NCBI GenBank assembly: GCA_020832235.1 | Contig: JAFIEZ010000003.1 | Coordinates: 256,450 to 320,449 of the forward strand | Reading direction: 5' to 3' | Length of the DNA: 64,000 bases | DNA from: Bacteroidota bacterium | Lineage (GTDB): Bacteria > Bacteroidota > Rhodothermia > Balneolales > HLUCCA01 | Part shown: one piece after another, positions 39,219 to 49,137 of the stretch | How positions within the stretch are numbered: the stretch's first letter is position 1 | How the letters are laid out: each line of letters opens with the position of its first letter | Program-made: the position numbers and the translations under genes | Notes under the pieces: model-generated | Database searches by the model: none | The model's input: the letters and a program-made list of their open reading frames with translations, nothing else | Told to the model about the DNA's origin: nothing

Positions 39219-39232
39219 TAATAAGTACCGAT

Positions 39233-40714
39233 TTAACGGGGAATCTTCAATAGAGTACCCGCTGCAATGGTTTCATTCAGTTCAACATGGTTGATAATAG
39301 CCAGATCTTCCGGGTCCATTCCATCAGGCAAGTTGTCCGGTATGAAGCTCGAGAAAGGCGCCGAACGGTCAGCTGTAACTATTTGAATACGCGCTGGCTG
39401 TATATCAAGTATCGCAGAATCAGTTACATTACTAAATCCAGTAGCCGTTCGTCTGAATACAGGACTGTATTCAGATGCATTAGCTTCAGGTGCATAAGAA
39501 AGGAAGCGATATACCCGATTTTGATGCTCTACTCCGGTAACCTCAACTCTGTAGGTCGTATTGCCATCCATCATATTTCCAACAACGCGTGCACCACTAA
39601 GTCCGTTGATCTGGATGCTTTCTCTCTCCAATGAAGTAATTTGCTCTAAGTTACCTATCTCATCAACAGCCTCAGCGGCAGTAGCCTTGTCTGATATCGT
39701 GAATATTGTAACAGCCTGTTGACTGGAGTTCACCAGTATGACTTCATTACGCTCATTGATTACATTCCAGTTAGATGGAACCGGAAAGCTGAATGCAAGC
39801 TCAGGATGGTAGAATACATCGTTTCGGGTGAAACCATGTCGCGGATTCTCACCCATGGTCATGCCATCAATCGCAGTGTAAAATTCCCTTTGACGTACTA
39901 TTTCCTGCGGAAAACCACGCTCTCGCCACATTTCTGCCCGGCGTACGATATCTACTTCACGCTCTCCGGGATCTGGGTGGGACGATAAATGTGAGGGTAT
40001 GCTGTGACCGGCTTTTTCTGAAATTCTTCTAAGTGTGGTAAAAAATGCGGCACCCTCAGCCGCAGCATAACCAGCTTTTGCAGCATATTCTACTCCCAAT
40101 CGGTCTGCCTCTCTTTCGGCATCCCTGCTGTAACTCAGAAACAATAACTGGGCCGCTGATCCTCCTAAACCGATTATTTCCTGACCGGGAATACCTAGTA
40201 ACTCCTGACCCAATACCGCAGTACCAATCAATAAAATCTGACCAGCTTGTTGCCTGAGTGCCTGCTGTGAGGCATGTCGGGCTGCAACATGTGCTATTTC
40301 ATGACCAATGACCATTGCGAGCTGAGCCTCACTGGTCATATGTGTCAGCAATCCTCGCGTCACGTAATTGAAACCACCAGGCAATGCAAATGCATTAACA
40401 ACAGGACTGTCTAATATTCGAAAAGTAAACGCTGTTTCTCGAAATTGCGTCCGTGTGGATTCTCTTCGCATATGACTTTCAGCAAGTACCTTTTTCCCGA
40501 TGGCGGTAATGTACGCTGTTAGTTCAGGGTCATCATAAAGACCGTAATACTCAATTATTTGGTCATCAGCCTCTCTACCCAGGTTTATTTCCTGCTGCCA
40601 GGTGAAGGCGTAGGCCCTGCGCGAATCAGTTACCGGACTTCGCTCGAACGTCATGCATGAAGCAGTAAAAAAAACAACAACGGCAAGAAGTCCGGATTTT
40701 ATTCGAAATGACAT
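39233..40714 (-). CDS. M48-family zinc metallopeptidase lipoprotein with C-terminal LysM-like segment
   Basis: Lipobox FFTASC. HEIAHVAARH (HExxH) and EREADRLG. The C-terminus reads LAIINHVELNETIAAGTLLKIP. Confidence 0.85.
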   Translation of the reverse strand: MSFRIKSGLLAVVVFFTASCMTFERSPVTDSRRAYAFTWQQEINLGREADDQIIEYYGLYDDPELTAYITAIGKKVLAESHMRRESTRTQFRETAFTFRILDSPVVNAFALPGGFNYVTRGLLTHMTSEAQLAMVIGHEIAHVAARHASQQALRQQAGQILLIGTAVLGQELLGIPGQEIIGLGGSAAQLLFLSYSRDAEREADRLGVEYAAKAGYAAAEGAAFFTTLRRISEKAGHSIPSHLSSHPDPGEREVDIVRRAEMWRERGFPQEIVRQREFYTAIDGMTMGENPRHGFTRNDVFYHPELAFSFPVPSNWNVINERNEVILVNSSQQAVTIFTISDKATAAEAVDEIGNLEQITSLERESIQINGLSGARVVGNMMDGNTTYRVEVTGVEHQNRVYRFLSYAPEANASEYSPVFRRTATGFSNVTDSAILDIQPARIQIVTADRSAPFSSFIPDNLPDGMDPEDLAIINHVELNETIAAGTLLKIPR

Positions 40715-40836
40715 GGTGAATTGTTTATGAATAATGTTTATGTAGCTTAAAATACCATTATGTAGGCATCACGACAACGAAAGAAAAAAAGAAGATCACA
40801 AAAGCCTCATTCGTGGATAACTGGTGGAAAAGAAAA

Positions 40837-40869
40837 TTTGGAAGCAGCTCATTATTCATGTAATATTTG
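40837..40869 (+). promoter_or_regulatory. candidate promoter for the riboswitch-btuB transcript
   Basis: TTTG at 40837-40840, then a 20-nt spacer, then TAATATTTG at 40861-69 (near-match to TAnnTTTG). It lies about 15 nt upstream of the riboswitch P1. Confidence 0.35.
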
Positions 40870-40883
40870 GCTGTACTTAAAAC

Positions 40884-41056
40884 TATAAGTTACGGTTCCT
40901 CGAGAAGAGGATTAATAGGGAACCTTGTGAAAATCAAGGACTGTACCCGCAACTGTAAGTTCTTTAATGCTGAAATCCCACCTTAGCCACTGCCATTAAT
41001 CGGCGGGAAGGCCGGTTTCAGTAAGAACAAGTCAGGAGACCTGCCGATAACTTACA
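40884..41056 (+). promoter_or_regulatory. cobalamin (B12) riboswitch
   Basis: Conserved blocks read directly: AATAGGGAACCTTGTGAAAATCAAGG, CTGTACCCGCAACTGTAA, AGCCACTG...GGGAAGGC, and the B12 box AGTCAGGAGACCTGCC. P1 pairs TAAGTTACGG (about 40886-95) with CCGATAACTTA (41044-54). It lies 43 nt upstream of a TonB-dependent receptor gene. Confidence 0.9.
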
Positions 41057-41098
41057 CCATCGAACTTTCGGGAATAAAGGTTCAAACGGATTCTAAAG

Positions 41099-42994
41099 AT
41101 GACCATTCTACTGGTTTTCCTGGCCCTGGTAGCCATGGCTGAAATTGAACTATCTGAGTTATCGGGTGAACTCTCTCCCGCCGACACGCTCATACTTCCG
41201 GGTATAACTGTAACAGCTGATAGGTTCGACATCCGCGCATCCTATTTCCCTGTTCGTTCAATTAGTATTCACACAGATAGTATTCATGCATTTGCCGCTC
41301 AAACAGCTGGGGATATGCTCAGTCGCCTGACTATTGCAAATGTTCGCTCTTACGGTCCCGGACTTGCACAAACAGTCTCTCTGCACGGATTTAGCGGATC
41401 TCAGATGACTGTGCTTTGGGATGATATACCTTTAAACAATCCAATGCTTGGATTAACTGACCTTTCGTTATATCCCGCTGTGATGATAGATCAGATGGAT
41501 GTTAACGCTCATCAGGGTAGTGCCGAGTATGGTGCACATGCCATAGGAGGTGTCATCCAGCTACGCCAGCATCGTTCGCAAAATCCAATGCAAACCATCA
41601 TAATTCAGGGAAATTCGATAGCCTCGCGCTCGATTCAAGGTCGTGTTATGCAGCCACTTGGAAAGTGGTATTTAGACGTAGGTGGTGTATATCAGCTATC
41701 TCCAAACCGATTTACGTATCAGGATATTACCCGCAACCCTGTAGAAGAAAGAAAAAGAGAAAACGCTCAGAAGGAGCTCGCTTCAATTTTTGCGCAGGTT
41801 TCCTATACCGGAACACAATTGCAGCACACATTTAGATTATGGGCTACTGATGTGCATTCAGGAATCCCCGGGTCAATTGTAGGTCCGTCGCCGAGTGCGA
41901 GTCAGCACGATGGCATGCTGCGATTGAGCAACCGAACCAACATGATTATTTCACAAAGATCAGTAATCACCACGGCACTATCTTTTAGTCATCATAAGCT
42001 TGATTTCCGTGATCCGGATACAAATATAAACAGTTTGAGTACGTCGCGTACCAGCTCTGGAAGAATGGCTCTGCGGGTTACACCGTCTGTTAATCAGCAG
42101 CTCAGACTACAAGGTGGGTACAGTATTAGTAACATCGAATTCACCGAATACGACGCTCCCCAAAGAAATCATGGGTTTTTTCAGTTAAATGCGTATTCCA
42201 ATGTATTCGACTGGCATATCCATCCATCTGTCCGATACGATATGTTCAATCAGTTTGGAAATGCCTTGACCGCCAGCTTAGGTATTGTCAGAGAGTATGA
42301 CTTGTTGGATAGCCGGGTTTTTGCCAATGCCAGCCGGAATTTTGCCCCGCCAACATTCAATGATTTATACTGGCCCGGATCCGGAAATACGGCTCTGGTA
42401 CCTGAAACGTCTATAAAGCTTGATTTTGGATTTGAAACAACTGTTGCTGAAGCAAAAATTCACGTACAATTTTTTGATAACCATATCGAAAATGGTATAC
42501 AGTGGCTGCCATCTTCCGTAGATGGTCGGTTCCGACCCCGAAATATCAGAGCGGTTCGATCTAGTGGTGTCAGTGCCGGTTTAAACCGTCGGTTTCGTAC
42601 CGGGGGATTCACACATTTTGCTTCGGGAGAGTTTACCATTCTGGACGCCCGCTATACCAGGCAACGTTTTACCGGCGACGATGCAAAGGGTAATCAACTT
42701 GTATATCAGCCAAGGTACCGCTCAATGCTTTCGCTAACGAGCGACATGCATGTTGCGTCAATATCATTCAGCTATAATTTTACTGGCAGTCGTTCTATTA
42801 CGGAAGACAACGCACTTCAGCTGCCATCAAATCACATAGTTAATGCCGGTTTACATAAAGATGTTGTTTTAGGTAACCAGAAATTAACTATTGCCGCACT
42901 GATTGAAAACGTTCTTGACGCACGCTATGAGCTTATTCGATTTTATCCCATGCCCGGCAGACATATTCATCTAAGCCTAAAAATAACCCGCTAA
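41099..42994 (+). CDS. btuB: TonB-dependent vitamin B12 receptor
   Basis: 631 aa behind the B12 riboswitch. Plug motifs ITVTADRF, SLHGFSGSQMTVLWDDIPLNNP and GSAEYGAHAIGGVIQL, followed by a barrel. Confidence 0.85.
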   Translation: MTILLVFLALVAMAEIELSELSGELSPADTLILPGITVTADRFDIRASYFPVRSISIHTDSIHAFAAQTAGDMLSRLTIANVRSYGPGLAQTVSLHGFSGSQMTVLWDDIPLNNPMLGLTDLSLYPAVMIDQMDVNAHQGSAEYGAHAIGGVIQLRQHRSQNPMQTIIIQGNSIASRSIQGRVMQPLGKWYLDVGGVYQLSPNRFTYQDITRNPVEERKRENAQKELASIFAQVSYTGTQLQHTFRLWATDVHSGIPGSIVGPSPSASQHDGMLRLSNRTNMIISQRSVITTALSFSHHKLDFRDPDTNINSLSTSRTSSGRMALRVTPSVNQQLRLQGGYSISNIEFTEYDAPQRNHGFFQLNAYSNVFDWHIHPSVRYDMFNQFGNALTASLGIVREYDLLDSRVFANASRNFAPPTFNDLYWPGSGNTALVPETSIKLDFGFETTVAEAKIHVQFFDNHIENGIQWLPSSVDGRFRPRNIRAVRSSGVSAGLNRRFRTGGFTHFASGEFTILDARYTRQRFTGDDAKGNQLVYQPRYRSMLSLTSDMHVASISFSYNFTGSRSITEDNALQLPSNHIVNAGLHKDVVLGNQKLTIAALIENVLDARYELIRFYPMPGRHIHLSLKITR

Positions 42995-43004
42995 ATTAAA
43001 AAAT

Positions 43005-44030
43005 ATGAAACAACTCTTAATAATCTCTTTGACAGCTTTGTGGCTATTCTCTTGTACAGATAACTCTGGTAATACGAGTGAACCTACTGACGGGAACCTT
43101 TTGATTCTGAATGAAGGCGCATTCGGACAAGGAAACGCGAGTATATCTTTATGGAATCCAGAGACTCGTGAACTAAGTCATAACGTGTTTGCATCCAGAA
43201 ACGCACCCCGGGTTTTGGGCGATGTGCTGCAAAGTGCCGTACATCATAATGATGAAATATACCTGGTGGTTAATAATAGTCGTAGAATTGAAGTAATAGA
43301 TGTAGAGACATTTGTGTCAAAACGTACCATTACATTTTCAGGTCAGGCCAGCCCTCGTTATTTGGCAATAACACAGGAGGGTAAAGGCTATGTGAGCAGT
43401 CTTTTTACAGACTATGTATACGTGGTTGACCTGGCAGATGCTATTGTTACAGATAGCGTATTTGTTGGCTCAGGTACCGAAGGAATCATCTATAGTAACA
43501 ACCATATTTTTGTTGCAAAAAATCTAAATAGTGACTTCTCTACAGCATCGGGTATAGCGGTAATCCGAACAAGTGATCAAGTGCTTTTAGATGTGCTCGA
43601 AACTGGCCCCGGTCCGCAGGCGATTGTAAAGAACTCCGGTACACTTTGGGTGAACCTCGCAGGTACCTGGGGTGGTGATAATGGTGGACTGGTTCAAATC
43701 AACCCTGCTGAACGTACGATAATGCAAGAGATTAACTTAGATAGAAATACAAGCGGTCTGGCATCAAGTAACTCGTCATCATTTATATATCTTCTAAGTA
43801 ATGGTATTAACAAAATAAATACAATAAATACTAGTGATGTTATTACGATTTCAGAAAATAGATATTATGCTATTTCTGTAGGAATAAATGATGACATTGT
43901 TTATGCATTTGATGCCAGAAATTTTGCGCAAGCCGGTATGATGTATGTCTATGAAAACCCGCTTCAAATAGCTGATAGTGTCAGAACAGGGTTTGTTCCA
44001 CGAGGCATATTGTCTTTGCAAAACCAGTGA
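43005..44030 (+). CDS. YncE/DUF5074-like beta-propeller lipoprotein co-transcribed with btuB
   Basis: Lipobox LWLFSC. LLILNEGAFGQGNASISLWNPETRELS is typical (from memory) of DUF5074-type propellers found next to TonB receptors. 10-nt gap after btuB. Confidence 0.7.
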   Translation: MKQLLIISLTALWLFSCTDNSGNTSEPTDGNLLILNEGAFGQGNASISLWNPETRELSHNVFASRNAPRVLGDVLQSAVHHNDEIYLVVNNSRRIEVIDVETFVSKRTITFSGQASPRYLAITQEGKGYVSSLFTDYVYVVDLADAIVTDSVFVGSGTEGIIYSNNHIFVAKNLNSDFSTASGIAVIRTSDQVLLDVLETGPGPQAIVKNSGTLWVNLAGTWGGDNGGLVQINPAERTIMQEINLDRNTSGLASSNSSSFIYLLSNGINKINTINTSDVITISENRYYAISVGINDDIVYAFDARNFAQAGMMYVYENPLQIADSVRTGFVPRGILSLQNQ

Positions 44031-44187
44031 AAAATACATGCCCTATAAGTAATATATAATCAGGTCTTTACAGCTATCTACTGTGGAGGCCTAGTTATCA
44101 ACATACTGTCCACACATATAGCAAAATTTTTATCTGATGTTTATAGTTAGCTTTGTGTTTTGTGGAAAAGATGTTGAAAAAAAAGTG

Positions 44188-44195
44188 TAATTTTG
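44188..44195 (+). promoter_or_regulatory. candidate -7 box (TAATTTTG) upstream of nrdJ
   Basis: Exact TAnnTTTG match 98 nt upstream of the nrdJ ATG. The -33 element is not convincing. Confidence 0.25.
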
Positions 44196-44292
44196 TTTGC
44201 ACTTAACCAAGAATGTGTCATCTTTAGTAACTGTATAAAAATCTCATTTAAGAGCCTACAGTTCGTCATAATCAGTGAAAAATTAGCAAGTC

Positions 44293-47200
44293 ATGAAATT
44301 TAACAGACATTTTACTCAAGAATCCTGGAATACCCCCTACGACGCGATCGTATTCGAGTCTCGCAAATCAGAAATTAAAAACCCGGATGGGTCAAGCGTA
44401 TTTCTGATGGAAAATGTGCAAGTGCCTGCGTCTTGGTCACAGGTCGCTACCGATATCATAGCACAGAAGTACTTCCGTAAGGCAGGTGTGCCTGCGGTAC
44501 TCAAAAAGGCTGTAGAGAAAGGAGTTCCTAAGTGGTTACAAGCATCGGTTGAAGACACCAAGGAGCTTGATAAGCTTCCTGAAGAGGAGCGATATACCCA
44601 CGAAGTAGATTCCCGACAAGTTTTCAGCCGTCTGGCCGGGTGCTGGACGTACTGGGGGTACAAAAATAATTATTTCGACAGTGAGAAAGATGCTAAGGTA
44701 TTCTATGATGAGCTTTGCTATATGCTGGCCATGCAAATGGTCGCTCCCAATTCACCGCAATGGTTTAACACCGGTTTGCATTGGGCTTATGGTATCAACG
44801 GTCCTGCACAAGGCCACTACTTTGTAGACGCTAAAACGGGCAAACTCCAACGCAGTGCAGATGCTTATACCCATCCTCAGCCACATGCATGTTTTATCCA
44901 ATCAATCAGCGATGATTTGGTGAATGACGGTGGCATTATGGATCTTTGGGTGCGAGAAGCCCGACTCTTCAAATACGGTTCCGGAACAGGAACCAATTTC
45001 TCTGATTTGCGCGGTGAAGGGGAACATCTGAGCGGTGGAGGTAAGTCTTCCGGACTTATGTCGTTTCTACGAATCGGTGACCGTGCTGCTGGTGCTATCA
45101 AATCGGGTGGTACCACCAGACGTGCCGCAAAAATGGTAACGCTCGATCTTGACCACCCAGATATTGAATCCTACATAAATTGGAAAGTACGCGAAGAAGA
45201 GAAAGTAGCGGCTATTGTTGCTGGTTCTCAGATTTGTAATATGCACCTCAAGAAAATAATGCAGTTGTGCCACAAGCCTGTTGAAATTGAAGGCCGATTG
45301 TACAATGGCAGCGTGTCGCGTGATCCTAAGAAAAACAGACACCTGGCTCAGGCCATTCGCGAGGCCCGTCGCGACCAGGTACCACTGAATTATGTTGAGC
45401 GTGTGATGCAGCTAGCCGCACAAGGTTATACCGATATTGAGTTCGACACGTACGATACAGACTGGAACTCAGAGGCTTATGCCACTGTCAGCGGTCAAAA
45501 CTCCAATAACTCCGTACGTGTACCCAATGCGTTTATGGACGCTGTAGCAAATGATACTGACTGGAACCTATATGGTCGTATCGAGAAACGAAAAGCGGCA
45601 GCAGAAGGGCGTGATCCAAAACCCATGAAGACGCTCAAGGCTAGCGAACTTTGGGACCAGATTGCCTATGCGGCATGGGCCTGCGCTGATCCGGGAACCC
45701 AATATCACGACACTATCAACGAATGGCACACCTGTCCTGCCGACGGGCCTATCAAAGCAAGTAACCCTTGTTCAGAGTACATGTTCCTTGATAATACAGC
45801 GTGTAACCTGGCTTCACTTAATTTGATTAAGTTCTACAATAAAGAGGATGGAAGCTTCGATGTTGATGGATTTAGGTACGGAACCAGATTATGGACTGTA
45901 GTACTGGAAATATCCGTTCTGATGGCTCAGTTCCCTTCAAAAGAAATAGCTGAACTATCATACGAATTCAGAACGCTCGGACTTGGATATGCCAATATTG
46001 GTACTTTACTAATGGTTCAGGGGATTCCATACGATAGTAAGGAAGCTATGGCACAGACTGGTGCTATCACCTCTATTATGCATATGGCATCTTATGCCGC
46101 TTCAGCTGAAATGGCTAAAGAGTTAGGCTCATTCCCCGGATATGATCGTAATCGTGAGCATATGTTGCGGGTAATTCGCAATCACAGACGTGCCGCGTAT
46201 AATGTTGACCCTTCTGAATATGAAGGGCTTACCGTAAAACCTGTTGGTATTGATGCCTCCGTATGCCCTGATTACCTGCTTAAAGCAGCTCGTGAGGACA
46301 GTGATCGAGCATTGAAACTAGGGGAGAAGTACGGGTATAGAAATGCACAGGTTACTGTAATCGCTCCCACCGGAACAATTGGTCTGGTAATGGATTGTGA
46401 TACAACTGGTATCGAACCTGATTTCGCACTGGTTAAATTTAAAAAACTTGCCGGAGGCGGTTATTTCAAAATAATTAATCAAAGTGTTCCCCTGGCATTA
46501 AAGAATCTCGGTTATACCGATTCCCAGATTGATGACATTGTTAAATATGCTAAAGGCCATGGCACGCTCGAAGGATGTGCACATATCAACCATGAAAAAC
46601 TGGAATCTCTTGGTTTTACACCAGAGAAAATACAAGCAATAGAGGCTGCCCTTCCCACCGCTTTTGAAATTAAATTTGCCTTCAACCAATGGACACTCGG
46701 TGAAGAGTTCTGCAAAGAAGTGCTTGGTATAACCGATGCCCAGCTTGCTGATTGGAACTTCGATTTTCTAAAGCATCTTGGTTTCTCCCGAAAGGAAATT
46801 GATGAAACCAACGATTTTGTATGTGGTACCATGACAGTTGAAGGTGCACCGCATCTGAAAGAGGAACACCTAGCCGTTTTTGATTGTGCGAATAAATGCG
46901 GCAAAAGAGGAACACGCTTCATTTCAGCTGCCGGACACATACGTATGATGGCTGCCGCCCAACCATTTATCTCGGGTGCAATCTCAAAAACGATCAACTT
47001 ACCTAATGAAGCTACGGTTGAAGATTTCAAGGAGGCTTACCAGCTAAGTTGGGAGCTTATGACCAAAGCCAATGCCTTATATCGTGATGGATCAAAGTTG
47101 AGTCAGCCTCTTAACAGCACGTCAAGTGTTTTGGAAGTAATTGAAGATGAAGAGGTCTCAGACGCGGATCCTCAGATGCAGGCGGCTCAGGATGCCGTGG

Positions 47201-47940
47201 TAAAAACCGCTGAGCGAATTATTCACAAGTATGTCGCCGAACGCCAGAAACTTCCTGCACGAAGGGGAGGGTACACACAAAAAGCCAAAATTGGCGGACA
47301 AAGTGTTTACTTGAGAACTGGCGAATATAATAACGGACAAATCGGTGAAATTTTCATTGATATGCACCGTGAGGGAGCTGCATTCAGAAGCCTGATGAAC
47401 TGTTTCGCAATTTCAATATCGCTCGGTCTTCAACATGGTGTACCACTCGATGAATTTGTAGACGCTTTCGTGTTTACGAAATTTGAACCAAGTGGAATGG
47501 TCAGCGGCAATCCACATATCAAGATGACAACCTCAGTTATTGATTATATTTTCCGCGAACTGGCTGTAACTTATATGGGACGTCATGATCTAGCCCATGT
47601 AGGGCCGGAGGAGATTCTTCAAAGAACGTTGCGACCAACAGATAATGATCAGAACGATTTAAAGGAAACAACATCCGTTAAACCAATTGCGTCTTTTCCC
47701 GTCGTTGTACCAACGTCTACTCATGTACAAACTGCTGCAACTGCAAGCGTTGGCTCAAGCATTTCTGAAGCCGATGTTAAAGCAGATGAACAAGTAGGTT
47801 CTTTCGAGCAGAAATACACACAGGCAAGACAAATGGGTTATACCGGAGATATATGCAGCGACTGTGGGAGCATGACACTGGTAAGAAATGGGACTTGCCT
47901 TAAGTGTAATACCTGTGGTGCTACAAGCGGTTGCTCTTGA
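44293..47940 (+). CDS. nrdJ: adenosylcobalamin-dependent ribonucleoside-diphosphate reductase (class II), long form with C-terminal Cys-rich tail
   Basis: [22 protein letters not shown] (thiyl-Cys loop), [23 protein letters not shown] and [10 protein letters not shown]-terminal [28 protein letters not shown]. Motifs are contiguous, so no intein. Confidence 0.95.
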   Translation: MKFNRHFTQESWNTPYDAIVFESRKSEIKNPDGSSVFLMENVQVPASWSQVATDIIAQKYFRKAGVPAVLKKAVEKGVPKWLQASVEDTKELDKLPEEERYTHEVDSRQVFSRLAGCWTYWGYKNNYFDSEKDAKVFYDELCYMLAMQMVAPNSPQWFNTGLHWAYGINGPAQGHYFVDAKTGKLQRSADAYTHPQPHACFIQSISDDLVNDGGIMDLWVREARLFKYGSGTGTNFSDLRGEGEHLSGGGKSSGLMSFLRIGDRAAGAIKSGGTTRRAAKMVTLDLDHPDIESYINWKVREEEKVAAIVAGSQICNMHLKKIMQLCHKPVEIEGRLYNGSVSRDPKKNRHLAQAIREARRDQVPLNYVERVMQLAAQGYTDIEFDTYDTDWNSEAYATVSGQNSNNSVRVPNAFMDAVANDTDWNLYGRIEKRKAAAEGRDPKPMKTLKASELWDQIAYAAWACADPGTQYHDTINEWHTCPADGPIKASNPCSEYMFLDNTACNLASLNLIKFYNKEDGSFDVDGFRYGTRLWTVVLEISVLMAQFPSKEIAELSYEFRTLGLGYANIGTLLMVQGIPYDSKEAMAQTGAITSIMHMASYAASAEMAKELGSFPGYDRNREHMLRVIRNHRRAAYNVDPSEYEGLTVKPVGIDASVCPDYLLKAAREDSDRALKLGEKYGYRNAQVTVIAPTGTIGLVMDCDTTGIEPDFALVKFKKLAGGGYFKIINQSVPLALKNLGYTDSQIDDIVKYAKGHGTLEGCAHINHEKLESLGFTPEKIQAIEAALPTAFEIKFAFNQWTLGEEFCKEVLGITDAQLADWNFDFLKHLGFSRKEIDETNDFVCGTMTVEGAPHLKEEHLAVFDCANKCGKRGTRFISAAGHIRMMAAAQPFISGAISKTINLPNEATVEDFKEAYQLSWELMTKANALYRDGSKLSQPLNSTSSVLEVIEDEEVSDADPQMQAAQDAVVKTAERIIHKYVAERQKLPARRGGYTQKAKIGGQSVYLRTGEYNNGQIGEIFIDMHREGAAFRSLMNCFAISISLGLQHGVPLDEFVDAFVFTKFEPSGMVSGNPHIKMTTSVIDYIFRELAVTYMGRHDLAHVGPEEILQRTLRPTDNDQNDLKETTSVKPIASFPVVVPTSTHVQTAATASVGSSISEADVKADEQVGSFEQKYTQARQMGYTGDICSDCGSMTLVRNGTCLKCNTCGATSGCS

Positions 47941-48040
47941 TTTCTGAGACCAAGATATGGGTGTTATAGCTGGAGAAATCTGCTAGACACCCGTATTCTA
48001 TTTTATATTAAGTACACATCATTGAAGTGTATGTCGACAT

Positions 48041-48080
48041 AAAAAAAGGGCTATTATCAAAGATAATAGCCCTTTTTTTT
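48041..48080. terminator. bidirectional rho-independent terminator
   Basis: GGGCTATTATC (48048-58) pairs with GATAATAGCCC (48062-72). A7 upstream and T8 downstream, between convergent nrdJ and the M23 peptidase gene. Confidence 0.85.
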
Positions 48081-48090
48081 ATGAATGAAA

Positions 48091-49056
48091 TTAGTCCATC
48101 GACCGATCGTTACTATCTGCAATTCTTCTGAATGCTATATATTCTTCAGGGCTCAAATCTGCAAACATGTAATTTATGGGGTCTACAGGAACACCATCTC
48201 TTATAATTTCATAGTGTAGGTGAGGACCTTCTACTACACCGGTATCACCAGTGAATCCAATAAGATCGCCACGGCTAACACTACGACCAACACGCAACCC
48301 TGTTTCTACTCGAGATAAATGGGCATAAAGTGATTCGTATCCGAAACCATGATCAATTTTGATAGTGATACCATAGGTTCCGTTCATTCCTGCCATTGTT
48401 ATTATTCCGTCTCCTGTTGCATAAATGGGTGTACCTATTCTCGCCCGGAAATCTACACCCTCGTGTGGTCGTCGAAACCTGTAAACAGGATGCATTCTCG
48501 GACCAAATCCACTAGTAATAATACTATTTATTGGTCTAATTGCAGGAATATGACGCATCTTATCCTGATTTTGATTGTAGAAATATTTGATTTCATCAAA
48601 ACTCAGTTGCTGGATATTTACTCGTCTTTCCAAGCTCTCAATATTGGATAATGTCCATCTGAGTAAATCGGATGTCTGGGCCTGATAAACATCAAGTCGC
48701 GACATCATATCAAATCCTCCGGTTCCAGCAAGGCGTTCATCATAACTTAATGGTTCCAGACCAAGCATAGTTCGATAAATCTCATTATCGGTATAAGCCA
48801 TTCTGGCTAATTGTTCATCAAGACGTACTATTGTTGTTTTGGTATGTCGTAGCTGAGATTGCAATTCTCTGTTTTCAGCTTTTAGTGCAATTTCTGCTGG
48901 AGTTCCTGCAAATGAGACAATCAGGGAAATCATAATCCCTGTAATCACGATACCATAAAGTAACAGTTGAGAGGCCGTATGAATTAACCTGTCAACGGTA
49001 CTATATTCTATCGGTACAAATTTGCACTCGTCGTTATCGTAATAGTAGAAACTCAA
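48091..49056 (-). CDS. M23-family peptidoglycan metalloendopeptidase with N-terminal TM and coiled coil
   Basis: HEGVDFRARIGTPIYATGDG, DHGFGYESLYAHLS and TGDTGVVEGPHLHYEI. The only in-frame start is TTG at 49056. Confidence 0.85.
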   Translation of the reverse strand: MSFYYYDNDECKFVPIEYSTVDRLIHTASQLLLYGIVITGIMISLIVSFAGTPAEIALKAENRELQSQLRHTKTTIVRLDEQLARMAYTDNEIYRTMLGLEPLSYDERLAGTGGFDMMSRLDVYQAQTSDLLRWTLSNIESLERRVNIQQLSFDEIKYFYNQNQDKMRHIPAIRPINSIITSGFGPRMHPVYRFRRPHEGVDFRARIGTPIYATGDGIITMAGMNGTYGITIKIDHGFGYESLYAHLSRVETGLRVGRSVSRGDLIGFTGDTGVVEGPHLHYEIIRDGVPVDPINYMFADLSPEEYIAFRRIADSNDRSMD

Positions 49057-49137
49057 AGCGTGACGTTAAAGGGAAGATGTGTTTAAACCGCTAACTATAC
49101 AAAATAGAAAATAAAAACAATATTTAAAATATGTTGA

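Noticed and set aside
41032-41232. 66-aa minus-strand ORF
   Set aside because: It overlaps the 3' part of the cobalamin riboswitch and the 5' end of btuB. It has no motif, and the riboswitch and btuB explain the sequence.
44100-44170. Possible NrdR boxes upstream of nrdJ (for example CCACACATATAGCAAA)
   Set aside because: There are only half-site-like matches to the acaCwAtATaTwGtgt palindrome as I remember it, and no second box at the expected spacing of about 31-32 bp. Support is insufficient.
46512-47030. 172-aa minus-strand ORF and several other antisense ORFs over 100 aa (7116-7505, 15069-15506, 20606-20977, 27595-28032, 28046-28438, 31115-31462, 39287-39634, 58921-59289)
   Set aside because: Each is fully embedded opposite a well-supported gene and has no recognisable domain, so these are typical shadow ORFs.
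44293-47940. Intein or intron inside the unusually long (1215-aa) nrdJ
   Set aside because: The catalytic motifs (NPCSEY...[30 protein letters not shown]) are contiguous and no intein block motifs were seen. The extra length is N- and C-terminal extension.
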